From IMG/VR virus record IMGVR_UViG_3300044642_001197: a stretch of DNA of 64,000 bases; one strand, written 5' to 3'. Below the pieces are notes generated by a model, which had not been told where the DNA came from, ran no database searches, and worked only from the letters and a program-made list of their open reading frames with translations. Source of the DNA: an uncultured virus (IMG/VR IMGVR_UViG_3300044642_001197) (taxonomy: Duplodnaviria; Heunggongvirae; Uroviricota; Caudoviricetes). Shown here in pieces: positions 1-8,881 of the stretch. The position numbers and the translations under genes were made by a program. The first letter of the stretch is position 1. Every line of letters starts with the position of its first letter.

Positions 1-51
1 CCGCCCCGCCCCTCCCCAATTCGACTAGTTCCGCTGCGACCTTGCCGTGGC

Positions 52-279
52 CTAGAGTGGCATGGGTTTTGTGTGAGGTTTTGAGGAGGGTGCGAGGGCT
101 TCGAGTTCCTCTCGATCAATGAGCGCCTGCCATTGCGCTTTCTGCTCAAGGCAATGAGTGTAGCTGCCGTTGGTTATGTCGGTGAGGCGATTGCCATATT
201 TGATGTCGAGAAACCAGCGCGTTTCGTAAACACCCCGTGAAACTTCGATGCGTTTGGAGGAGAGAATCAGTTCGGGCAT
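52..279 (-). CDS. hypothetical protein
   Basis: 75-aa ORF, co-directional with the early minus-strand genes. Confidence 0.5.
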   Translation of the reverse strand: MPELILSSKRIEVSRGVYETRWFLDIKYGNRLTDITNGSYTHCLEQKAQWQALIDREELEALAPSSKPHTKPMPL

Positions 280-301
280 AGGTGTGGTGAGGGCAATAGA
301 A

Positions 302-331
302 AGGGGCTCCCCCGTGGAAGGAGGAGCCCCT
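302..331 (-). terminator. probable intrinsic terminator hairpin
   Basis: AGGGGCTCC...GGAGCCCCT inverted repeat downstream of the HNH gene, followed by a T-rich tract on the minus strand. Confidence 0.5.
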
Positions 332-352
332 GGGTGTTTGGGTATGCGCGGG

Positions 353-580
353 TTACTTCATACTCCGGTTCTTGGAGCGAGGGATCACGCGCAGGTTGCT
401 GGCGGAATTGTTTGCCGTGTTGCCGTTGACGTGGTGCACGTCTTTGCCGTCGCCTTTCTTCGCGCGCCCGCAGGCGACCATCTTGGCCCGGGCCGTGTTG
501 CGTTCGGCGCGGCGTTTTATCTGTTTGGGTGTGCCGTGATACTCGGCGTATTCTTTCGCGTAGTTCCGTGGTTTAGGCAT
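353..580 (-). CDS. small HNH-motif protein
   Basis: DVHHVNGNTANNSASNLRVI...KNR, an HNH-type motif; basic N-terminus. Confidence 0.7.
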   Translation of the reverse strand: MPKPRNYAKEYAEYHGTPKQIKRRAERNTARAKMVACGRAKKGDGKDVHHVNGNTANNSASNLRVIPRSKNRSMK

Positions 581-600
581 GTGTGGTTGGGGTGGTTAGG

Positions 601-978
601 TCAGTCAACAAGCGGGCTGTTGGAAAAGTGCTTTGTGAACCACCAGCTCGACACCTTCCGATATTCTGGGATAACCGACAGAGCTGCGTGCAGAGCCTTC
701 GGGGAAACCCCGTCACAGCACACAATCCGCCACGCCTCGCAAAACAGGTAGTTTAGGCGCTTCGCTTCTGTTTCGTCACGCCACCAAGCCATACAGGCAC
801 CCGTCTCGTTCATGAAGCCGCGATGGTCGGGGCAGTCGTCCGGCCACGCGAACACCGCGACATCAGACGGAAGAACACCTGAGTCCCATGCGATGACGGC
901 ATTCTTTAAAGGCACATTTTTTTGCGTGCGCGGATTCTCTCTAGACCTGTAGGCATCTATGCTGTTGCTGTTTAACAT
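601..978 (-). CDS. hypothetical protein
   Basis: ORF from MLNSNSID; start uncertain. Confidence 0.5.
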   Translation of the reverse strand: MLNSNSIDAYRSRENPRTQKNVPLKNAVIAWDSGVLPSDVAVFAWPDDCPDHRGFMNETGACMAWWRDETEAKRLNYLFCEAWRIVCCDGVSPKALHAALSVIPEYRKVSSWWFTKHFSNSPLVD

Positions 979-1101
979 TGTGTGTGCTTTTCTTTGTTTG
1001 GAAAGGTCTCTGCGTCCAAGCCGGTCGGCTCGAAAGGCGCGCTTCACAGCTCGTAGGGAGCACGCGCCCGGCAATTTTACCCGCAGAGGTAAATGGGTGG
1101 T

Positions 1102-1386
1102 TTACAGGAGACCGTCTTCGGCCAGTTCTTGGGTCACTCGTTCGTAAACAGATTCCTGGGAATAACCCTCAGGAAGGATCTCTTCCGGGACGAGCGGGTC
1201 GAACGGGTCGAAACAGCGGGGTTGGATTCTCCCGTTGAATTGGAAGTGGTTGTTGAGGAGCGCCGCCGCTTGAGCGGCAGTGCGCCTGTCGTAGCAGGGG
1301 AGTTGATCGGCCTCCCCGAGCCACTGCAGGCCGTCGTAATCATAGAGCCCGAAGCTGAGAGCTTGCATGAGTGGTGTAAGTAACAC
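1102..1386 (-). CDS. hypothetical protein
   Basis: 94-aa acidic ORF in the operon direction. Confidence 0.5.
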   Translation of the reverse strand: MLLTPLMQALSFGLYDYDGLQWLGEADQLPCYDRRTAAQAAALLNNHFQFNGRIQPRCFDPFDPLVPEEILPEGYSQESVYERVTQELAEDGLL

Positions 1387-1415
1387 GCTTCAACCTGTGC
1401 GATCAAAGGCTTTCC

Positions 1416-1652
1416 CTAGGTGGTGAGCCGCATGTAGGCGCTGAACTCGTCTCGGTAGTTGTTGAGGAGGTCGAAGCCTTCTTTGCTCGCGTAAAGCGAG
1501 AGCCGGACCCGCATCCTGTGGGATGGCGGCAAGAGATCCCACACCCTCCACCACTCGCGCGGGACTTCCACGCGGCCCACCACGTGTTTCGGGGACAACT
1601 CGGGGCGGCGGGTAACGACATTCATGAGGGCTGTTTGGAAGTCCAGGCTCAT
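1416..1652 (-). CDS. hypothetical protein
   Basis: ATGA overlap with the upstream gene. Confidence 0.55.
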   Translation of the reverse strand: MSLDFQTALMNVVTRRPELSPKHVVGRVEVPREWWRVWDLLPPSHRMRVRLSLYASKEGFDLLNNYRDEFSAYMRLTT

Positions 1653-1822
1653 ACCTCGTAGGCCCCAATGCGCCCTTTGCCGCAGGTGGTTTGCCTACGT
1701 GGCTTCCAGGGTTGCGCGGCCCGGACCCGGTTCAAGTGGTCGGTGGCGCAGGCGCGGGAGCAGAACATGCGTTTGGGTTTTTTGGGTTCCTGGCAGGTTG
1801 GGCAATAGGTTTCTGGTTTCAT
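1649..1822 (-). CDS. small Zn-finger-like protein
   Basis: CPTC...CSRAC; ATGA-coupled on both sides. Confidence 0.55.
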   Translation of the reverse strand: MKPETYCPTCQEPKKPKRMFCSRACATDHLNRVRAAQPWKPRRQTTCGKGRIGAYEV

Positions 1823-2097
1823 GCGTCGATCTCCTCCTGACACTCGATGCAGATGCAGCCGCCCACTTTTACGGATTCACCTCGGAGAAGTTTCTGGCGG
1901 TCGCTCTCGTCAAGGCCGAACGCAGCGGCTTCAAGGGCGGTGAGTGTCTCGACATCGTCGTGGCGGATGTTGACCCCGGTGTCTGCGGGGATGCCCCCCT
2001 CCTTCAAAGGGTGGATCGTGAATTCGAGCATGGTGTCGGGGTCCGCCGGGAATTCTTTTTGACAAACGCCGCAACGGAATTGGATTTCTTCAATCAT
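1819..2097 (-). CDS. Zn-ribbon-like hypothetical protein
   Basis: CGVC...CIEC pairs. Confidence 0.55.
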   Translation of the reverse strand: MIEEIQFRCGVCQKEFPADPDTMLEFTIHPLKEGGIPADTGVNIRHDDVETLTALEAAAFGLDESDRQKLLRGESVKVGGCICIECQEEIDA

Positions 2098-2205
2098 ATG
2101 AGGTTGGGTTTTTGGGTTGCTTTTATTTGTGGAGCCACCACGCGGCAGCTCCAAGGAAGAGCGCGCAGAGAATCAGCGCGGCTTGTGTGTTGGGTTTCAT
2201 AAATG

Positions 2206-2487
2206 CTACTGGGTGTGATCCCGGGAATTGCCGTCGCCCCAGGCTCCGCCGTAGCTGCGGCCGAAGCCGTTGCCGTAGCCGGAGCCGAGGCCGTATCCTG
2301 AACCGTAGGCGAACATGGCGCCGTCGCCCCAGCCGTCGCCGCCGGAATGGCCGTAACGGCATCCGTCCCCGCGACAACGCTTGTCCCTGCAATCATCCCC
2401 AAGGATGGGGAGTTTGAAGGGGCTGCGCCAGACATACAGGTCTTCGCCCATAAGCCGGGCAAGGGCTTGTTCGTGTGTGATTTTCAT
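2206..2487 (-). CDS. leader + Gly-rich peptide family member (array A)
   Basis: MKITHEQALARLMGEDLYVW then G/Y/D/C-rich body; internal ATG of track ORF 2206..2799. Confidence 0.8.
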   Translation of the reverse strand: MKITHEQALARLMGEDLYVWRSPFKLPILGDDCRDKRCRGDGCRYGHSGGDGWGDGAMFAYGSGYGLGSGYGNGFGRSYGGAWGDGNSRDHTQ

Positions 2488-2723
2488 AATTCGCGGGACG
2501 AACCACTGCCGTCGCGGTTGCCGCAGCCGTAGCCGTAGCCGCTGTTGTAGCCGAAGCCTGCGCCGTAGCCGTCGCCGCAGCCGATGCCGTCGCCGCAGCC
2601 GGCGCCGTAGCCGCAGCCGCTGTAGCCGTCGCCGTAGCCGTCGCCGAACTCGGGCTGGGCGCTCCAGACATACAGGTCTACGCCCATAAGCCGGGCGAGG
2701 GCTTGTTCGTATGAGCGTTTCAT
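2484..2723 (-). CDS. leader + Gly-rich peptide family member (array A)
   Basis: MKRSYEQALARLMGVDLYVW...GSSREL; ATGA overlap. Confidence 0.85.
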   Translation of the reverse strand: MKRSYEQALARLMGVDLYVWSAQPEFGDGYGDGYSGCGYGAGCGDGIGCGDGYGAGFGYNSGYGYGCGNRDGSGSSREL

Positions 2724-3025
2724 AATTCGCGGGAAGAGCCGTCGCCGTCGCTATAGAAGCTATTGCCCTCGACGGTGCTAAAGTCGAAGCCCCCTCCAAG
2801 GCCGTTGCCGGAGACCAACTGATGTGGTGTCACGTATTCTCCGCAGCCGTCACCGTGTCCGTTGCCGTAACCGTAGCCGCCGTGGTCGCAATATACGCCG
2901 ACACCGTAACCATCTCCGATGGCTTCCACAGAACCCCAAGTGTCGCCCCAACCCGGCGAGACTGACCACACGTGGAGGTCTTCGCCCATGAGTCGGGCGA
3001 GGGCTTGCTCGTGTGAGGTGGTCAT
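2720..3025 (-). CDS. leader + Gly-rich peptide family member (array A)
   Basis: MTTSHEQALARLMGEDLHVW...GSSREL; ATGA overlap with the dUTPase. Confidence 0.85.
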   Translation of the reverse strand: MTTSHEQALARLMGEDLHVWSVSPGWGDTWGSVEAIGDGYGVGVYCDHGGYGYGNGHGDGCGEYVTPHQLVSGNGLGGGFDFSTVEGNSFYSDGDGSSREL

Positions 3026-3519
3026 ACGCCGGTGCTGCCGTGACCATTGGCGCCGCGAGGTGTAGGAGGGAACTTACTTACAAGTGTGTAGGCGACTTTT
3101 GGGATGGGCATCACGATGAGCTGCGCGATGTGGTCCCCGAGCTGATACACGCGCCCCGTGCGCGGCAGCTCTCGCATCGAGACTTGGATCTCATCCGAGT
3201 GCCCGGCATCCAAAATCCCCAAGCCATTGGCCAAAAGACACCGGGTGTTGCGGATACTGCTGCGGGCAGCCACAAAGCCTACATGCCCACGGGGGATCAA
3301 CACAGCCACCCCAGTGCCGAACACATGGTCCTCTGGGTCCGCTCCCGGGAGATGGATAACTCGGTCAGCATAGAGGTTAAACCCGGCATCGTCCTCGTAG
3401 GCTTGGATGGGTGGTTTTGCGGTATCGGTCAGAAGACGGAATGGGATTTTCAGGGGCTTAGGTTTGACGAGCAAACCAGTTGTGTTGGCCAGGACGGACA
3501 GAATTTTACGGATGTTCAT
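3022..3519 (-). CDS. dut: trimeric dUTPase-family protein
   Basis: Motifs AGFNL, ARSS, GILDAGH, IAQL and RGANGHGSTG in the canonical order. Confidence 0.85.
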   Translation of the reverse strand: MNIRKILSVLANTTGLLVKPKPLKIPFRLLTDTAKPPIQAYEDDAGFNLYADRVIHLPGADPEDHVFGTGVAVLIPRGHVGFVAARSSIRNTRCLLANGLGILDAGHSDEIQVSMRELPRTGRVYQLGDHIAQLIVMPIPKVAYTLVSKFPPTPRGANGHGSTGV

Positions 3520-3791
3520 TTGTAGGTAAGGTAATTGTTGAGGTCGCGGCGCATGGATTCCTCATCAGAGCTGAGAATGAGGGTGGATACTTCATCGCCG
3601 TAGCGGCTGGGGCAGACGACGCGCCTTGAGAAGATGCGTTTGCTCGACCACCAGAAACATCGGGTGACGAGGAAGCGGTAGATCTGGTGGTGAAACAAAG
3701 CGGCGCAGCTAAAGCCGAGCCCGGCGAGTAGACAGAGAGGGAGATACAAAGAGAGCGGCATGGGTGTAAGTAGGTGTAAGCGGTCCTGCAA
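3516..3791 (-). CDS. hypothetical membrane protein
   Basis: Hydrophobic N-terminal segment; ATGA overlap with dut; start uncertain. Confidence 0.45.
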   Translation of the reverse strand: MQDRLHLLTPMPLSLYLPLCLLAGLGFSCAALFHHQIYRFLVTRCFWWSSKRIFSRRVVCPSRYGDEVSTLILSSDEESMRRDLNNYLTYK

Positions 3792-3809
3792 TAAAGGGAA
3801 GCGGGTTGC

Positions 3810-4940
3810 TTATGTGTTGACGCGGATCACTTCGCCAAACGGCGCGGTCTGGCCGCCGTAGCTTACCCAGAGCACGGGCATGTGGGGATGTGTGCCGGGG
3901 AAGCTCCCGTAAAGGTCGGTGAGAACCACCACACACATCGGGTTGAGGTTGCGTTGGGTAAGCTCCTCGAAGATCGGGGCAAAGCAGGTGCCGCCGCCGC
4001 CTTTGAGTTTCAGGGCGACACGGTCGCCGGGCACAAACTCGGTGACTTCCCGCACTCGGGCGTCACACTGGATGGTCACTAGTTTGCGGGGACGCACAGC
4101 TGCCAACACCTCCTCCGCTTCGGCCAGGAACTGCTGGAGCATGGAGTCGGGGATCGAGCCGCTGGTGTCGATGGCGAAGACGAGTTCACCAGCCGCGTCG
4201 CTTTGGAGATCGGGCAGGTAGAAGTCGGGGAGATACCGGCGATCGGGCTTGAGCCAATCGTAATCGTCCGCAGCGGACTCGGTGACAAACCTGCGCAGGA
4301 GTGTGGTCCACGCAACCTTGGGCTTCACGGCGCCGGAAGCAAGCCGCTCAAGGCAGCCCGGCGCTTTGCCCATCATCTTCGCCGCCTGCGCCGCTTGGAC
4401 CACGGCGACACCCCACTCGGATGCGTTCTGTTTGCCGCTTCCTTTGTTCCCGTCGTCCTTTTTGAACTCGCCGTAGGTGGGTTTGTCGCGGGGGCCGCGT
4501 CTGTCACCTTCAATCTGCTCCGCCTTGAGCACCGTGTAGATTTCTTCCATCCCCATCCCGGCAAACCGGGGGTCACACAAGGCCCCTTCTGGAAGCGGGA
4601 AGGGGGGATTCTCAAACGTGGCGTTGTATTCGTTGAGGAACAGGTTGACGACGTGGTCGGCTGCTTGGTTGCAGAGGTAGAGGTCACGGTGGCCCACGCG
4701 CCAGGGATGCCCGAGCGCGGGGTGCATGACTTCATGGGCGAGGACACCGCGGATGAGTCCATCGGAGAGAGTCTTGGTGAACTCAGAGTTGTAGAGAAGC
4801 ACCGTGCCGTCGGTGCAGAATGTGGGTTGGCTATTGTCCTCGGAGACCTTGAGCCGCAGGAGCAGCGAGGCGAAGAAGGGGTGGGAGAGGATGATCTCAA
4901 CGATTTGTTTTTCGACGCGTTTAAACTGAGTGGAGTCCAT
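3810..4940 (-). CDS. HExxH metallopeptidase-like + VWA domain protein (DUF2201-type)
   Basis: LAHEVMH in the N-terminal part; MIDAS motif DTSGS, GGGGT and LTD in the C-terminal part. Confidence 0.85.
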   Translation of the reverse strand: MDSTQFKRVEKQIVEIILSHPFFASLLLRLKVSEDNSQPTFCTDGTVLLYNSEFTKTLSDGLIRGVLAHEVMHPALGHPWRVGHRDLYLCNQAADHVVNLFLNEYNATFENPPFPLPEGALCDPRFAGMGMEEIYTVLKAEQIEGDRRGPRDKPTYGEFKKDDGNKGSGKQNASEWGVAVVQAAQAAKMMGKAPGCLERLASGAVKPKVAWTTLLRRFVTESAADDYDWLKPDRRYLPDFYLPDLQSDAAGELVFAIDTSGSIPDSMLQQFLAEAEEVLAAVRPRKLVTIQCDARVREVTEFVPGDRVALKLKGGGGTCFAPIFEELTQRNLNPMCVVVLTDLYGSFPGTHPHMPVLWVSYGGQTAPFGEVIRVNT

Positions 4941-4969
4941 GTGAATAGAATGTGAAGAGTTGAAAAATA

Positions 4970-4996
4970 GGGGAGGGGCCGCAGGCACCCCTCCCC
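4970..4996 (-). terminator. hairpin/terminator between the AAA and VWA genes
   Basis: GGGGAGGGG...CCCCTCCCC followed by TATTTTT on the minus strand. Confidence 0.55.
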
Positions 4997-5011
4997 GTGG
5001 GCAACCACGCC

Positions 5012-6028
5012 TCAACCAACCAAAACGTCCTTGTTGCTGATGATCCACTGGATCACAGGTTTCGTGTGCTGAATCTTCGGGCAGCGCCGAACGGCCCACT
5101 GCATGACAAAGACAGCGAAGTCTTTGGGCATCCGGTTCACATACACCATGGCGCGGTCTACGTTGCCGGGCTCGATCTTCGATGCGATGCCCGCCGCGAC
5201 CGCATACATCTCGTCGGGCCGGGCGGGCACGCTGGCCCCTGCCGGATCAAGCAAGATGGCGTCGAGGCTGGGGATGCGGTCGCAGACGCCAAGGAACCCG
5301 GTGAGTTCGACTCCCGCAGCTTGGCCCACAATCCCGGCGAGCAACGCCGCCCGGATGTGGCCAGTGGCGTTGGTGGCCAGCAGCCGCGAGGCGAACTCCC
5401 AACTGCGCGGCGAGGCGAACCCAGAGTGGCCGTCCCAGACAGATGCGTCGAAGTCAGAGAGCAACGCCGGACGGTAGCGCAGGAAGGCGACGATGCGGGG
5501 ATCGACCCCGGATGCACACGCCCAGTTGGTCCAGTCATCGAGGTCGGGCACAAGCGTGATGAGACACACGCGGTTGGCTACCGCGGCGGAGAGTTTCTCC
5601 ACATGCGCCCGGTCTTGCGCGCGGTTGCCCGCCAGCACAATGAAGGTGCCTTCGGGTGCGGAGTAGTCGCCGATCTTGCCTTCGAGCAGGAGCTGCAGGC
5701 TGGCGTTCTGGGTCTGTCGCGCGGCGCAGGAGAACTCGTCGAGGAGCCACACCGTGAAGGGTTCGGTGGGGTAGTCGGCAGGGGGCGCGAAGTCCATGAC
5801 CTTGCGGCCGTTGGCTTCGGTGGTGAGGATGGGGAAGCCGCGCACGTCCACGGGGCTGGCGTAAGCGAGGCGGGTGTCACGGAACGGGCGGCCAAGCGAG
5901 TGGGCGAGTTGGTGGATGATGGTGGACTTGCCCATACCCGGGCTGCTGAGGACGAAGGGTTTGAGGTTGGCCTCGCGGCAGAAGTTGAGGGCGGCGGCGA
6001 GTTCGGTTGGTTTGAGAGTGAGTTCCAT
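5012..6028 (-). CDS. MoxR-like AAA+ ATPase
   Basis: Walker A SSPGMGKS, Walker B WLLDE, AGNR, SPRSWE; adjacent to the VWA gene. Confidence 0.85.
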   Translation of the reverse strand: MELTLKPTELAAALNFCREANLKPFVLSSPGMGKSTIIHQLAHSLGRPFRDTRLAYASPVDVRGFPILTTEANGRKVMDFAPPADYPTEPFTVWLLDEFSCAARQTQNASLQLLLEGKIGDYSAPEGTFIVLAGNRAQDRAHVEKLSAAVANRVCLITLVPDLDDWTNWACASGVDPRIVAFLRYRPALLSDFDASVWDGHSGFASPRSWEFASRLLATNATGHIRAALLAGIVGQAAGVELTGFLGVCDRIPSLDAILLDPAGASVPARPDEMYAVAAGIASKIEPGNVDRAMVYVNRMPKDFAVFVMQWAVRRCPKIQHTKPVIQWIISNKDVLVG

Positions 6029-6076
6029 AATGTGAGGTTGCTGTTGGTTGCTGTTGGTTGCTGTTGGTTGCTGTGG

Positions 6077-6442
6077 TTACTTGGGTTCGAACGCGAAGCT
6101 CATGAGTTCGCGGACATCGGGCTTGAGGCTGTAGAGGTAGCGGGCCAGCAGCTTGCTGGTTTGCTCGGCGCTGTGTCGGGACCGGCCCGCGACGCGCCAA
6201 GCCGGGGAGTATTCCCGGAACTTGTCGGTGCTCCCGAGGATGTGGGTTTCAAGGAAAGCCACGGGGTTGGTGTGGCATTCCTCCACGATGGCTTCTGCCC
6301 GGGCTTTGCCGTAGCCGTGGCGGTTGAGGCAGTAGCCGTGGGCCCCTTGGTAGACGACTGCGTGGTATTTGCCGGAACCTTTGGAGGATTCCTCGGCGAC
6401 GATTTCAAACGGTTCGAGGATGAGTTTGGTGAGGTTTGCCAT
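6077..6442 (-). CDS. hypothetical protein
   Basis: 121-aa ORF in the operon direction. Confidence 0.55.
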   Translation of the reverse strand: MANLTKLILEPFEIVAEESSKGSGKYHAVVYQGAHGYCLNRHGYGKARAEAIVEECHTNPVAFLETHILGSTDKFREYSPAWRVAGRSRHSAEQTSKLLARYLYSLKPDVRELMSFAFEPK

Positions 6443-6473
6443 GGGTGGTGTGGTTGCTGCGGAGTTAAGGGGG

Positions 6474-7319
6474 TTACATCAACCCCATCGAGCGAAGGAT
6501 GTCGTCGGCTGCTTTGGCGGTGTCCGCCCGGAGCGTGTCGTTGTTGCGGATCTGGTCGGGCTCGTGCTGCGCGATGCGTTGGAGACAAGCCACCCGCAGG
6601 GATTCCAGTTCGGAATCGCCGGTGACATTGAGCCCCGGGATCAAGCGGCAGAGTTCGCGCAGACTAGTGATGGTGGAGTCGAAGATGCGGCGGTCGGGGT
6701 CGCCGAACTGTTCGCTTACTTGGGTGAGCCGTTCGGCCAGACGTTTGTATACATCATTGCGCGCGGCTTTGAGTGCCTCTTCTTTGGTCTCCTCCAAGGA
6801 CCGCTGCATGTGTTCGAGGACATCCTGGCCGAGGTTGATCCGGAAGTCCCCGGAATCGGGTAGTGGGAACCAGTTGACTTCGATGCCGAACTTGGCGCGG
6901 ATCTGATCGGGACGCGGGTAGTCGGCAAGGTTGAAGAGGCCGTTGCGGGTGCGCTTGGCCTGCTCGACGTGTTGGGGGAAGTCGAGAGCAAACTGATCGG
7001 CGAGCCGTTCGAAGTCGGCTTTGAGGCGCCGCACACCCAAGGCATATTCCTCGAACAACTCGGAGCTGAGAATGCGGGGTCCGTCGTTGAGCCACGGGAG
7101 GGTGCGGGAATAGTGGAAGGCGCGCAAGGCTGCGGCTGCGGCGGAGACGCCTTTGGTGGCGGCTTCGTCGAGGAGTCGTTTGTTGAATGACCCGGCGTTG
7201 GAGCTGGCGTTGTGTTTGGCCAGGACTTCGCGGGTGACTGTTTTGTCCTTCTTGCTCGCGTCGTATTGGTGGATCGTGAGGTCCACGAGCATTGCTTTGT
7301 TGGATAGGTTGGTTGTCAT
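6474..7319 (-). CDS. DUF3150-like helical protein
   Basis: From MTTNLSNKAML; TLPW...RIL, DYP and LN.TGD.EL motifs recalled from the family found beside phage AAA/VWA pairs. Confidence 0.65.
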   Translation of the reverse strand: MTTNLSNKAMLVDLTIHQYDASKKDKTVTREVLAKHNASSNAGSFNKRLLDEAATKGVSAAAAALRAFHYSRTLPWLNDGPRILSSELFEEYALGVRRLKADFERLADQFALDFPQHVEQAKRTRNGLFNLADYPRPDQIRAKFGIEVNWFPLPDSGDFRINLGQDVLEHMQRSLEETKEEALKAARNDVYKRLAERLTQVSEQFGDPDRRIFDSTITSLRELCRLIPGLNVTGDSELESLRVACLQRIAQHEPDQIRNNDTLRADTAKAADDILRSMGLM

Positions 7320-7359
7320 ATTGTGGTGGTTGTTTTTGTGTCTAGTGGTTGTGTCGCAG

Positions 7360-7605
7360 TTAATTGCTTGGTGTCGGGGAGTAGCCGTCGCCGACGCCGT
7401 TGCCGAAGCTGAGGCCGCCGCCGTCGCCGTTGCCGTCGCTGTCGCCGGTGCCGCAGCCGTAGCCGTTGCCGTTGGTGGTGCCGTAGCCATAGCCGTTGCC
7501 GTTGGTGGTGCCGTAGCGACCGTCGCCGAACTCGGGCTGGGCGCTCCAGACATACAGGTCTTCGCCCAAAAGCCGGGCGATGGCTTGTTCGTGTGAGCTG
7601 TTCAT
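7360..7605 (-). CDS. leader + Gly-rich peptide family member (array B)
   Basis: MNSSHEQAIARLLGEDLYVW. Confidence 0.85.
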   Translation of the reverse strand: MNSSHEQAIARLLGEDLYVWSAQPEFGDGRYGTTNGNGYGYGTTNGNGYGCGTGDSDGNGDGGGLSFGNGVGDGYSPTPSN

Positions 7606-7844
7606 AGTCTGCGGGATTCGCCGTTGCCGTCGATGCCGCCACTGTAGCCGTAGCCGAAACCTTGGCCACTAGGGTAGACGTAGCCGATGCCGTAGGCGAT
7701 GCCATCGCCGGTGCGGTTGCCGTGGCCATAGTTGCAGCCATAGATGGCGCCGTTGGTGCCGCAACCCGATCCGGCATAGGCACTCCAGACCCGCAGGTCT
7801 GCGCCCATAAGCCGGGCGATGGCTTGTTCGTGTGAGGTGGTCAT
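7602..7844 (-). CDS. leader + Gly-rich peptide family member (array B)
   Basis: MTTSHEQAIARLMGADLRVW. Confidence 0.85.
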   Translation of the reverse strand: MTTSHEQAIARLMGADLRVWSAYAGSGCGTNGAIYGCNYGHGNRTGDGIAYGIGYVYPSGQGFGYGYSGGIDGNGESRRL

Positions 7845-8110
7845 GGTTTGCGGGAGCTGCCATTACCCCCCGCTCGGCCGTAGTGTCTGTGGCCGTGGTA
7901 GACGCCGTAGCCGCAGCCGTAGCCGCAGCCGTAGCCGCAGCCGATGCCGTCGCCGTAGCCGGTGCCGTCGTCGTAGGCGGTGTCGCCGCACCCTTCTCCG
8001 TCGGCGGCGTCGAATCCATTGCCGTCACCCCGCCCAGGCTTGGTGTTCCAAACATACAGGTCTACGCCCATGAGCCGGGCAATGGCTTGTTCGTGTGAGG
8101 TGGGGGTCAT
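7841..8110 (-). CDS. leader + Gly-rich peptide family member (array B)
   Basis: MTPTSHEQAIARLMGVDLYVW...GSSRKP. Confidence 0.85.
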   Translation of the reverse strand: MTPTSHEQAIARLMGVDLYVWNTKPGRGDGNGFDAADGEGCGDTAYDDGTGYGDGIGCGYGCGYGCGYGVYHGHRHYGRAGGNGSSRKP

Positions 8111-8337
8111 GATTCGCGGGACGAGCCGTTGCCGTCGCCGTTGCCGATGCCGTGGCCGTCGCCGTAGCCGCAGCCGATGCCGTCGCCGTAGCCGCAGCCG
8201 ATGCCGTCGCCGTAGCCGCAGCCGCTGTAGCCGTCGCCATAGCCGTCGCCGTCGCCGAACCGTGGATAGGAACTCCAGACCCATAGGTCTACGCCCATGA
8301 GCCGGGCGATGGCTTGTTCGTGTGAGGTAGTGTTCAT
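8107..8337 (-). CDS. leader + Gly-rich peptide family member (array B)
   Basis: MNTTSHEQAIARLMGVDLWVW...GSSRES. Confidence 0.85.
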   Translation of the reverse strand: MNTTSHEQAIARLMGVDLWVWSSYPRFGDGDGYGDGYSGCGYGDGIGCGYGDGIGCGYGDGHGIGNGDGNGSSRES

Positions 8338-8585
8338 AATAGGGGTAGTGAATAGCCGTCGTGTTCTCCGCCGAACCCAGGGTAAGGCCCATCGCCACGG
8401 CCTATGCCCGACGCTTCGCCATAGCCGCAACCCAACAACACTGGGGGGGTGTCGCCGCAGGATATGACGCTGCGGCCGATCCCGTTACCGAAACCAACCC
8501 CATCCCCGAACTCGGGCTGGGCGCTCCAGACATACAGGTCTTCGCCCATGAGCCGGGCGAGGGCTTGTTCGTGTGAGGTGTTCAT
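8334..8585 (-). CDS. leader + Gly-rich peptide family member (array B)
   Basis: MNTSHEQALARLMGEDLYVW. Confidence 0.85.
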   Translation of the reverse strand: MNTSHEQALARLMGEDLYVWSAQPEFGDGVGFGNGIGRSVISCGDTPPVLLGCGYGEASGIGRGDGPYPGFGGEHDGYSLPLL

Positions 8586-8881
8586 AGGTCGTTGGATTCG
8601 CCATCGCCGTAGACGTAGCCGAAGCCGCAGCCTTCGCCGTGGCCGAGGCCGTTGCCGTAGCATCGACCGCAACCCAAGCCGCTGCTGCGTTCGTCGTTGA
8701 AGTCGGCGGCGCCGAATCCGTTGCCGGTATTGTAAGCGGAACCAAAGAAGCCGTGGCCGTGGCCGATGCCGTCGTAAGCGTGGCCTTCTTTGCCGTCCCC
8801 TGATCCTGCGCAAACACTCCAGACATACAGGTCTTCGCCCATGAGCCGGGCGATGGCTTGTTCGTGTGAGGTGGTGGTCAT
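8582..8881 (-). CDS. leader + Gly-rich peptide family member (array B)
   Basis: MTTTSHEQAIARLMGEDLYVW. Confidence 0.85.
   Translation of the reverse strand: MTTTSHEQAIARLMGEDLYVWSVCAGSGDGKEGHAYDGIGHGHGFFGSAYNTGNGFGAADFNDERSSGLGCGRCYGNGLGHGEGCGFGYVYGDGESNDL

Noticed and set aside
4997..6625. 542-aa plus-strand ORF and similar long antisense ORFs (28391-29647, 33397-35148, 36987-38438, 40163-41320)
   Set aside because: Antisense shadows of well-supported genes in high-GC DNA, with no recognisable motifs.
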